Positions 24,651 through 31,530 of a stretch of DNA of 39,506 nt are shown piece after piece (positions within the stretch are counted from its first letter, which is position 1; the number at the start of each line of letters is the position of its first letter). The position numbers were made by a program, and so were the translations under genes. The DNA is from a virus (taxonomy: Duplodnaviria; Caudoviricetes), in the IMG/VR virus record IMGVR_UViG_3300032294_001287, positions 1 to 39,506 of that record; one strand, given 5' to 3'. Below the pieces are notes generated by a model. That model did no database searches, was not told where the DNA came from, and saw nothing but the letters and a program-made list of their open reading frames with translations.

Positions 24651-24693
24651 GAACTGCGATGGTCTTACAAAGGTTCGACTCCTTTGGCAGTTC
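24651..24693 (+). repeat. Mini-tRNA-like element, copy 4
   Basis: GAACTGC-GATGGTCTTA-CAAAGG-TTCGACT-CCTTTG-GCAGTTC; T-stem shows two compensatory base-pair changes versus copy 1. Confidence 0.75.
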
Positions 24694-24712
24694 CTCACTA
24701 AAACAAACAACA

Positions 24713-24877
24713 ATGGCATACAACATTAATTACCTCACCGCAGATGGTGAAATCATTGACGAAACTCAAGTTGATGAACTAAATGACGAGTTGATCTGGG
24801 ATTTATTCAGAGAGTTTGGTCATACCAAATCAGAAGGTATTTACTACGAGGTTGAAGAAGTTGAAGAGGATGAATAA
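24713..24877 (+). CDS. Small very acidic protein (54 aa)
   Basis: Start moved to ATG 24713 (MAYNINYL), downstream of the mini-tRNA element. Confidence 0.6.
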   Translation: MAYNINYLTADGEIIDETQVDELNDELIWDLFREFGHTKSEGIYYEVEEVEEDE

Positions 24878-24916
24878 CCCCCGAACCAATTTAATAACCA
24901 ATAAAAACTAGAAAAA

Positions 24917-25093
24917 ATGCACCCACTACTTGAAGCAAAACTGAAAAATAAAGAACTTATTGATGCAGTTATTGACCAAATCCTGAAGGATGTAAACGAT
25001 GGAGATACAACTGCCGTTTGGGTTCTATTATCCAACATGCCATATGACGAATTACTCCAATTCCTTCCCGAAGAAGAGTGGAGTAAATATTAA
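24917..25093 (+). CDS. Small hypothetical protein (58 aa), not in ORF track
   Basis: MHPLLEAKLKNKELIDAVIDQILKDVNDGDTTAVWVLLSNMPYDELLQFLPEEEWSKY; flanked by CCCCCGAAC on both sides. Confidence 0.6.
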   Translation: MHPLLEAKLKNKELIDAVIDQILKDVNDGDTTAVWVLLSNMPYDELLQFLPEEEWSKY

Positions 25094-25133
25094 ACACCCC
25101 CGAACCAATCCCAAACGATAAAAACTCAAAGCC

Positions 25134-25403
25134 ATGTATACCTACTACCGCAAGTCAGACCAAGTGACCATCCCCGACAACTCCTCATCCAAATGTGATT
25201 GCGGAGAATCATCGGCACTAAACATTGACTACGAAACAAAAGTTATCACGTGTGATGCTTGCTACAGCGAAGCACCAATGCATCAGCAGTGGAACGATGC
25301 AGATATTGTATCTCAATTCGGCGCAAAGGTAGCATCCAACACCTATGATTTTTGGAATGAAACATATTTTATAAATCCTAACCAATCATTGACCCATCTA
25401 TGA
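25134..25403 (+). CDS. Putative zinc-binding small protein
   Basis: CDC...CDAC. Confidence 0.55.
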   Translation: MYTYYRKSDQVTIPDNSSSKCDCGESSALNIDYETKVITCDACYSEAPMHQQWNDADIVSQFGAKVASNTYDFWNETYFINPNQSLTHL

Positions 25404-25657
25404 AGATAACAGCTACCGCACCATCAGCCCTATATCTTGGCTGCCTACGAATGTTCGGGATGCCTTTTGAAAAGCAAACCGATGGCACGTTCACCGCTGA
25501 AAAATGTTTCGCATCTGAAAGGGATGCAAAGGACTACCTAAGACAGCGAGCAAAGCACTACAGCATGGGAGAAGATTATTTGGAAGAATCATTCGAAGAT
25601 ATTGAAAGCTACGGATGCTTGCGCCTTGACCATGTGACCGCATACATCGAAAAATAA
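25400..25657 (+). CDS. Hypothetical protein
   Basis: 85 aa, ATGA-coupled. Confidence 0.6.
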   Translation: MKITATAPSALYLGCLRMFGMPFEKQTDGTFTAEKCFASERDAKDYLRQRAKHYSMGEDYLEESFEDIESYGCLRLDHVTAYIEK

Positions 25658-25676
25658 CACACTAAACCAACACACT

Positions 25677-26042
25677 ATGAACATCAGAAAATTTATTGCA
25701 CTTGCAATGTCAAATGGAGGAGGCAGCTACTGCCTATTCACTGGCGAATGTAACCCGAAGGAAGGTTACATGGTCAGCTTAAAAGGTCACGAAAATAGCG
25801 TGAATGAACTGAATTTCGAGAGTGTTCAAGAGTACTTCTCTCGCAATGCTCACCTCTTAACTATGCCCGATCATTACTTCGGTTTGTGGAAGAATGGTGA
25901 CGAGTGGGTGATGGATGTGTCGGTAAACGAGACCGACCTACACAAAGCAATTGAACTTGGCGATAACAACGATCAGAAAGCATTGTGGGATTGCGCCAAT
26001 AGTGAGGAGGTATGGATTCAGAAAATAAAAAATGTAGGATAA
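25677..26042 (+). CDS. Hypothetical phage protein
   Basis: GG.S...GYMVS...FGLW...MDVS...AIELG...Q.ALWD pattern resembles a recurrent phage protein type. Confidence 0.7.
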   Translation: MNIRKFIALAMSNGGGSYCLFTGECNPKEGYMVSLKGHENSVNELNFESVQEYFSRNAHLLTMPDHYFGLWKNGDEWVMDVSVNETDLHKAIELGDNNDQKALWDCANSEEVWIQKIKNVG

Positions 26043-26043
26043 G

Positions 26044-26124
26044 ATGCAAAAGTATACTGACGATATAAACCGATTTATAGTACTAACATTTATCGCAGCC
26101 ATCATCATGGCGCTGATAATTTAA
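26044..26124 (+). CDS. Single-TM peptide (26 aa), not in ORF track
   Basis: MQKYTDDINRFIVLTFIAAIIMALII fills the gap between two ORFs. Confidence 0.4.
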   Translation: MQKYTDDINRFIVLTFIAAIIMALII

Positions 26125-26134
26125 ACCCCAAACC

Positions 26135-26419
26135 ATGATTAAAGCAGTAATCACCCTGATGGATAACTCGGATAGGTTATCAATCATCTTTCAGCAAAAC
26201 CATGTCACCCGACATATCGAGTTCAACAAGCGAACTGAAGGTGTGACATCAAACCAACAATCAGACAAGCAGCTTGCCTACCTACTGGCATCGATGGTGT
26301 GCGACAAGTACCACATCAAAGCCAATGGTCAGCTAGTGGACGTAAAGTATAGCTTGGATGTTGCAGAGGAAGAGAAGAAACGTCTAGAGCAAATGGGATC
26401 AAGTGTTGTGATAGTTTAG
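26135..26419 (+). CDS. Hypothetical protein
   Basis: 94 aa, A/C-rich start context. Confidence 0.6.
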   Translation: MIKAVITLMDNSDRLSIIFQQNHVTRHIEFNKRTEGVTSNQQSDKQLAYLLASMVCDKYHIKANGQLVDVKYSLDVAEEEKKRLEQMGSSVVIV

Positions 26420-26429
26420 GTGTATGGTA

Positions 26430-26507
26430 AGTCAGGTGGCGTAATTGGTAACGCCCTAGCCCTACTCTAAAGGGTAGAAGATACAGGTTCGAATCCTGTC
26501 CTGACTA
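26430..26507 (+). tRNA. Atypical tRNA; anticodon ambiguous (TCT Arg by loop position, CTA amber by CT-NNN-AA register)
   Basis: Acceptor AGTCAGG/CCTGACT-A, D-arm GCGT/ACGC, T-arm ACAGG-TTCGAAT-CCTGT, extended bulged anticodon stem CTA(G)CCCT/AGGGTAG, loop ACTCTAA; no encoded CCA. Confidence 0.75.
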
Positions 26508-26522
26508 CTAAATTAAAACCCA

Positions 26523-26744
26523 ATGAGAACAAAGTTTACAATGATTATGAACAAGGAGCCAGTCGATATCTATGTCGAAGGCTATGCAGATGGCGAAGAG
26601 TACGAACTGGAAAAACTGATCGCCAAATTTGGTCACAAGGAAGTGCTTCGCATACAAGATAAGGTAGAGCATGGACTGCTCGCCAATACCGAGTTGAGCG
26701 AAGCTATTTTATCACAATCAATCAAAACCCTATGCACGAAATGA
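26523..26744 (+). CDS. Hypothetical protein
   Basis: 73 aa, starts 15 nt after the tRNA. Confidence 0.6.
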   Translation: MRTKFTMIMNKEPVDIYVEGYADGEEYELEKLIAKFGHKEVLRIQDKVEHGLLANTELSEAILSQSIKTLCTK

Positions 26745-26959
26745 ACAAGATTATGAAGCTAGTCAGGGAGGGTGTCTCCTTCTCATGGAGATTCGACTAC
26801 CCTAAAGCCCCCGAACTGGGAGATTTACGAGGAACATTCTACACCAACGAGGTGGAGAAGATATCATTCCTCACACAAAAATTCGCTGAACAAGCACTCT
26901 ACAACGATAATAGGGTAACCTATATGGTTGAGGGCGAACTCGTAAAAATATACTGGTAA
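26732..26959 (+). CDS. Hypothetical protein
   Basis: 75 aa, coupled to neighbours; start may be ATG 26741. Confidence 0.55.
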   Translation: MHEMNKIMKLVREGVSFSWRFDYPKAPELGDLRGTFYTNEVEKISFLTQKFAEQALYNDNRVTYMVEGELVKIYW

Positions 26960-27028
26960 TGACCTTTAATGAATGGATGGCGCACATACACCGAGAACTC
27001 GGCTACCCCGAACATAAAATCAGAATCT

Positions 27029-27226
27029 ATGAACAAGCAAGCAAAAGTAAAGTACTTATTCAGGCAAATCAACAACGGACTATCCCAGTTAGAAACCCTT
27101 CCAAGAGCAGACCGAGTAGCAACCATCGAAGGGTTGAAGCAGATCAATGAGGAACTATGTGATTATGTTGTTGAACTTGTAAAACGAAACGAAAATGAAC
27201 AAAGAACAATTCGAGAAGCTAATTAA
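27029..27226 (+). CDS. Hypothetical helical protein
   Basis: MNKQAKVKYLFRQ...; overlapping ORF 26959..27150 (MTFNEWMAHI) may also be real. Confidence 0.45.
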   Translation: MNKQAKVKYLFRQINNGLSQLETLPRADRVATIEGLKQINEELCDYVVELVKRNENEQRTIREAN

Positions 27227-27536
27227 TGAAACCCATGACGTGACCGGCATTGACGTACTGAAGACCAAATCTCGCAGGGTTGAGGTGGTGGATGCAAAGG
27301 TTGCTGTGGTTAACATCATGCGTAAATTCTATGGGACTTCCATGCAGCTTACCGCAGATATGCTGAGGTACACACACCACACAACGATCCTCCACCACGA
27401 GAAGGATCACTCAACAAGGTATCGGTTCCGCCCCCAGTATGCGGATGTGTACGATGAGCTGTGCAAGCGATGCGTATCTAGGAACACCGCCATTAATGTT
27501 GGCGAACTTATTAAAATCATGAAAGAAATTGTATGA
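27195..27536 (+). CDS. DnaA C-terminal (domain IV)-like HTH protein
   Basis: KSRRVEVVDAK...SMQLTADML..THHTTILH parallels DnaA domain IV R.R....AR...S...IG..F..DHTTV.H. Confidence 0.65.
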   Translation: MNKEQFEKLINETHDVTGIDVLKTKSRRVEVVDAKVAVVNIMRKFYGTSMQLTADMLRYTHHTTILHHEKDHSTRYRFRPQYADVYDELCKRCVSRNTAINVGELIKIMKEIV

Positions 27537-27748
27537 AAGAAATTATGAACGCCCAAGAGGCAGCCGAATTCCTCGGCTATAAACTATCTTACTTGTATAA
27601 GCTGGTGTCGGAAGGTTCAATACCTTACCTTAAACCACGAGGCAAACTTTACTTTGAGAAGGACTCACTGGTAGGTTGGATAAAGTCAGGGTATAGCATT
27701 ACAAATGCAGATCAAAAGTCAGTATATAACCTTACGGAAAAGAAGTAA
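27533..27748 (+). CDS. Excisionase-like helix-turn-helix protein (HTH_17)
   Basis: MNAQEAAEFLGYKLSYLYKLV...IPYLKPRGKLYF...L..WI; adjacent to attP and integrase. Confidence 0.85.
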   Translation: MKEIMNAQEAAEFLGYKLSYLYKLVSEGSIPYLKPRGKLYFEKDSLVGWIKSGYSITNADQKSVYNLTEKK

Positions 27749-27976
27749 ATTTTGTTACTCTATTGTACCTCGTTCCATTTTTCCCACCATAATGTATTGA
27801 TATTCATATCAGAACTGCGGTGGTTTTATTCCTGTTCTGGGCACGAGGTAGGTTGTATAACAAGTTCTTTCTCAGCGTATTGCCATTGTAAATCAACGAG
27901 TTATTTGACTTGGTTGGATTTTCGTTTTCTTTATTTTACCTTAGTGTACAATATTTTGTTACTCATTTGTACCTCG
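27749..27976. other. Putative attP site
   Basis: 24 bp direct repeats ATTTTGTTACTC(TA/AT)TTGTACCTCG at 27749-72 and 27953-76; IHF consensus AATCAACGAGTTA at 27891-903; tRNA-3'-end-like core TTCCTGTTCTGGGCAC at 27829-44; lies between xis-like gene and int. Confidence 0.7.
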
Positions 27977-27979
27977 ACT

Positions 27980-29008
27980 ATGGTTACGCTAAGAAAAAGA
28001 AAGAACAAAGATGGCAGCACATCGCTGCGATTAGACATTTACTACGATGGTATTCGTAGAGTAGAGACATTAAAGCTGAAGCTCATTGTCCCCCGAACTG
28101 CCCAAGATCGGGAGTACAACCGAAGAGCGCTTCGTGATGCCCAGTCCATCGCCATGCAACGAGCAAGGGAGATCGAGTCTGGGCATTACAATTTGTCCTC
28201 CAACCCAGTGGTTGCAGACTGGATGCAAAGCTACATCGATTCCTACACAAAGAAGGATAAGAGGAACATGCAGGGCGCACTCAATAAGTTCATCGAGTGC
28301 AATGGTCGGATCACATTCAACTCCCTCAACCCAGCAGCAATCGATAAGTACATCGATCACCTTGAGTCCAACCAAGCAGGTGAAGGAGCGAAGTCCTACT
28401 TCTGCAGGTTCAACAAGATGGTCAAGCATGCATACAAGCTCGGCATCATCAGGGTAAACCCCATCCTTCTGACTGACAAGAGGGTCAGAGGCAGGGCTTC
28501 CAAGAGGGACATCCTTACACTTGATGAGGTTCGTAAACTTAAGAGCACTCCCCTATCAAACGATCATGTAAGACGTGCAGCACTTCTAAGCTGTGTTACT
28601 GGTCTTGCTTGGGTCGATGTTATGGAGCTGAAGTGGGAACACATCAGAGATGGAAGGATAGTAAAGGTTCGGGAGAAGCTTACAGCAGACAACGTAGAGG
28701 TTATTGTTCCATTAAACGATACCGCTATAGAACTACTCGGTGCTAGGGGTGAAGGCTATGTATTTGATCTCCCTTCAGCCAATGGCGCCAATAAATTACT
28801 AAAGGGTTGGGTTAAACGTGCCGGCATAGATAAGAGGATCACGTGGCACAATCTGAGACATTCATTCGGAACCAACCTTATCTACAATGGGGTCGACCTT
28901 CTCACCACATCCAAGCTGCTTGGTCATCAGACTACCAAGCACACCATGAGGTATGTAGACGCAGCAGAAGACATGAAATCAAACGCAGTAAAAAAGATAG
29001 AACTATGA
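27980..29008 (+). CDS. int: Tyrosine integrase, Bacteroidota type (arm-binding, core-binding and catalytic domains)
   Basis: MVTLRKRKNKDGSTSLRLDIYYDG arm-binding N-terminus; TGLAWVD, ITWHNLRHSF, SKLLGH, TMRY. Confidence 0.92.
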   Translation: MVTLRKRKNKDGSTSLRLDIYYDGIRRVETLKLKLIVPRTAQDREYNRRALRDAQSIAMQRAREIESGHYNLSSNPVVADWMQSYIDSYTKKDKRNMQGALNKFIECNGRITFNSLNPAAIDKYIDHLESNQAGEGAKSYFCRFNKMVKHAYKLGIIRVNPILLTDKRVRGRASKRDILTLDEVRKLKSTPLSNDHVRRAALLSCVTGLAWVDVMELKWEHIRDGRIVKVREKLTADNVEVIVPLNDTAIELLGARGEGYVFDLPSANGANKLLKGWVKRAGIDKRITWHNLRHSFGTNLIYNGVDLLTTSKLLGHQTTKHTMRYVDAAEDMKSNAVKKIEL

Positions 29009-29121
29009 AGCATGTAATATTATTCTTCGCACTGGTAGTGCCAGTCACACTTATGATCGCATCATCGATCATCATTTTATTTCAAATAGGACTCTCTAAA
29101 ATCAAGAAATTATGGTCATAA
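29005..29121 (+). CDS. Single-TM peptide (38 aa)
   Basis: MKHVILFFALVVPVTLMIASSIIILFQIGLSKIKKLWS; ATGA-coupled to int. Confidence 0.5.
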   Translation: MKHVILFFALVVPVTLMIASSIIILFQIGLSKIKKLWS

Positions 29122-30242
29122 TCAAGCAATCTGGCTACTATTACGCTAAAGTAAAGATAGATGGCAGAGAGAAGCGATACTCTCTTGGTGTTAAGCACAT
29201 CTCCGCAGAAGGTAAGGAGCTCGCCAAGAAAATATACTCCGATACTGGAAGTATTGACGAGGTTCGTAAGGCTTTGCAGTCACAGACAGAAGACCTTGCC
29301 AGCCTAGCCATGAGGTTTGTCGAGAACATGCCCAACAAGAAGGGTAAACCATATTCCCCAGCCAGCATCAGGACGTATCTAAACGTAGCCAAACATCTTG
29401 CATCGTTCGCTGACGAGTACAAGCCCATAGACCTTAATGACTACAATCTTGAAGGCGAGTACGAGATCAAGAGGCGCAAGGCAGACCAGTTTACTGCATA
29501 CTTCTATGCGTTCGATGATTGGATGACAGATCGTGGTCTTGAGATCACATCTCGTGAGCCCATCATGAGCGTTGTCAGTGTGTTTGTGCGCCACTGGGCA
29601 GAGCATTACTTCCTCAACCTGCCAAAGGTTCCCAAGCTTGAGAAGGTGGAGAAGCCAGTCATTGTTCTCGACCCCAGCTTCTACCAGAAGTTCATGGCGG
29701 ATGATCTATACTACAAACTAGACTCAAACATGAAGGTAGTTTGGGAGGTAGCAGCAACGATCCTAGCATCTACTATGAGGATCAGCGACGTGATGTCTAT
29801 GAAACCTTCAGACTTAATACAAGGCGATCAGATGATGTTCAGCAAGGTCACTTCTAAGACTGGTGAAGCGTGTGAGCTTCCAGTACCTGATCGACTGGCG
29901 AATATCTACAAAGACAACCTAAAGAACGGCAGCGTATTCTCAGGAGAGCTGAATAGGTCTTACATATACGACAACCTCAGAGTCCTTTTCGCCATGTATG
30001 AAGAGCTTCATGTGGACTACTCGGTGCTGGGTGTGACTAAGCCAATGTACGAGTGGGTAACACCACACATGCTTCGCAAGACAGCGATCACTTCCTACCT
30101 ATACTTTGGTGTGAGCGAGATGCACGTCAAGCATGCGTCATCGCACAGCAAGGACAGCAAAGCATTCAGAAGGTACACCAAGGTTATAGAGACAAGGTTC
30201 AAGTCAGACTTTCTTGGAGTTCACCAGCGAATGGGAATCTAG
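29112..30242 (+). CDS. Second, divergent tyrosine recombinase
   Basis: STMRISDV (Arg), TSKTG (Lys), TPHMLRKT (HxxR), ASSH, FRRY (Tyr); YSPASIRTY core-binding segment. Confidence 0.85.
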   Translation: MVIIKQSGYYYAKVKIDGREKRYSLGVKHISAEGKELAKKIYSDTGSIDEVRKALQSQTEDLASLAMRFVENMPNKKGKPYSPASIRTYLNVAKHLASFADEYKPIDLNDYNLEGEYEIKRRKADQFTAYFYAFDDWMTDRGLEITSREPIMSVVSVFVRHWAEHYFLNLPKVPKLEKVEKPVIVLDPSFYQKFMADDLYYKLDSNMKVVWEVAATILASTMRISDVMSMKPSDLIQGDQMMFSKVTSKTGEACELPVPDRLANIYKDNLKNGSVFSGELNRSYIYDNLRVLFAMYEELHVDYSVLGVTKPMYEWVTPHMLRKTAITSYLYFGVSEMHVKHASSHSKDSKAFRRYTKVIETRFKSDFLGVHQRMGI

Positions 30243-30536
30243 CAGTCTGTCTACCATCTTCTTTAACCTGTCAAGCTCTTCCTTTAGAGCTTTGTTTTCA
30301 GATGCTATCTGAGACTTGCTTACGTCTGCACTAACGCCGTCTATTATGTAGTCGTATGGTATGCCTAGCTTGTGTTTTATCCTCCTAAGAACCTCGAAAT
30401 TTGGGGTATAAGCGCCATTCTCAATAGCACCTATACTTCCGGCAGTTAGTCCAACAATTTTAGCCATGTCTTTTTGTGTCAGCCTAGCGTTGAGGCGAAT
30501 CTCTCGCATTCTCTCCGCTATGTCTAGATATTTCAT
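30204..30536 (-). CDS. XRE/Cro-C1 family repressor with C-terminal coiled coil
   Basis: REIRLNARLTQKDMAKIVGLTAGSIGAIENG..TP; the only credible minus-strand gene in the right arm, divergent from the replication genes. Confidence 0.88.
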   Translation of the reverse strand: MKYLDIAERMREIRLNARLTQKDMAKIVGLTAGSIGAIENGAYTPNFEVLRRIKHKLGIPYDYIIDGVSADVSKSQIASENKALKEELDRLKKMVDRLLDSHSLVNSKKV

Positions 30537-30575
30537 GCTGCTAATGTGCATAATTCCGAGCATAACTCCAAGCTT

Positions 30576-30592
30576 TAGATTAAATAAATCTA
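30576..30592. promoter_or_regulatory. Candidate repressor operator
   Basis: Inverted repeat TAGATT-N5-AATCTA in the divergent intergenic region. Confidence 0.35.
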
Positions 30593-30619
30593 TTATAGTT
30601 TATAGATCTTTGTAATAGA

Positions 30620-30865
30620 GTGACAAAGTACGACTATAAGAACAATCAATTGGTAGCCCAAGGCGATGTATATCAACTAGATGAATATCGCAAATGGTTA
30701 CTATCTAATCATCAAAACCTGTGTGCCGGTCACTTCGTTCGTGCCATCCACACCTCCGAGGGTACACGATTCACCTTCGACTGGCAGTCGATCTTCCATC
30801 TGGCTGAGGTATACAACTTTTTAAACGATTTTATAAATGAAAGAACTAATCAACAAACTAAGTAA
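30620..30865 (+). CDS. Hypothetical protein
   Basis: 81 aa, GTG start, first gene after the repressor intergenic region. Confidence 0.55.
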   Translation: MTKYDYKNNQLVAQGDVYQLDEYRKWLLSNHQNLCAGHFVRAIHTSEGTRFTFDWQSIFHLAEVYNFLNDFINERTNQQTK

Positions 30866-31511
30866 GCCTGTGTCCTATCAGTGGAGGGTTCAGAGCAGAA
30901 GCAAAGACAAGTCGAAAGCAATATGCACAGCATACATCGACGCAAGAGACGTAATGAAAGTACTTGACGAGCACTGCGAGTGGGAAGTACAATACAAAGA
31001 GCTGGCTGGTTTCCTGTTTGCCGGTATCGGTATCAAGCTAGATGGTCAGGTAATGTGGAGATGGGACTGCGGTCAGCGGATCGAAGACAACCCACAGGAT
31101 CAGATGTACGAACAGGCAGGTAAGTCTGCAGCGTCTGATGCATTCAAACGTGCAGCGGTTATGTGGGGTGTGGGACGATTCCTGTACGATATGGAAACCG
31201 TTACACTTCCGTGCGACCAGTATGGTAATCCAGTAGACAGTTCTGGTAAGCGTATCTGGGACTTAACAAGGCACATCAATTCTCTCAGCGGATCAGTCAA
31301 AGCTTCTGAATCTGTTTCTGTTACCAATGAATCCAAGCCACAGCTTGATCAAGCTAAGTACGACAGCATGGTTAAGTTTATTACTGATGGTAAGTGGAAG
31401 CAGGTTGAGGCATCACTCAGCAAGTATGCACTCTCTGAATCACAGAAGAAAGTTCTCACGCAATTGATCGCCTCATCTAAGTCAGAGGCACTTAAGAAAT
31501 CCGTAAAATAA
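30837..31511 (+). CDS. Rad52/Rad22-like (Sak-type) single-strand annealing protein
   Basis: AYIDARDVMKVLD, KSAASDAFKRAAVMWGVGRFLY. Confidence 0.88.
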   Translation: MKELINKLSKPVSYQWRVQSRSKDKSKAICTAYIDARDVMKVLDEHCEWEVQYKELAGFLFAGIGIKLDGQVMWRWDCGQRIEDNPQDQMYEQAGKSAASDAFKRAAVMWGVGRFLYDMETVTLPCDQYGNPVDSSGKRIWDLTRHINSLSGSVKASESVSVTNESKPQLDQAKYDSMVKFITDGKWKQVEASLSKYALSESQKKVLTQLIASSKSEALKKSVK

Positions 31512-31530
31512 AAACATCCAAATCTGTAAA

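Noticed and set aside
22229-25105. CRISPR array or canonical integron attC array
   Set aside because: Repeats are separated by whole genes at irregular distances, no cas genes are present, and the ends do not fit RYYYAAC/GTTRRRY; T-loop covariation favours an RNA structure
20041-26530. HDV-like (theta) ribozymes after the tRNA-like genes
   Set aside because: Both tRNA-like genes are followed within 1-15 nt by start codons, leaving no room for a nested double pseudoknot
27752-27979. 76 aa N-terminal extension of the integrase (TTG start in the ORF track)
   Set aside because: It runs through the attP repeats and IHF site; the arm-binding domain begins at ATG 27980
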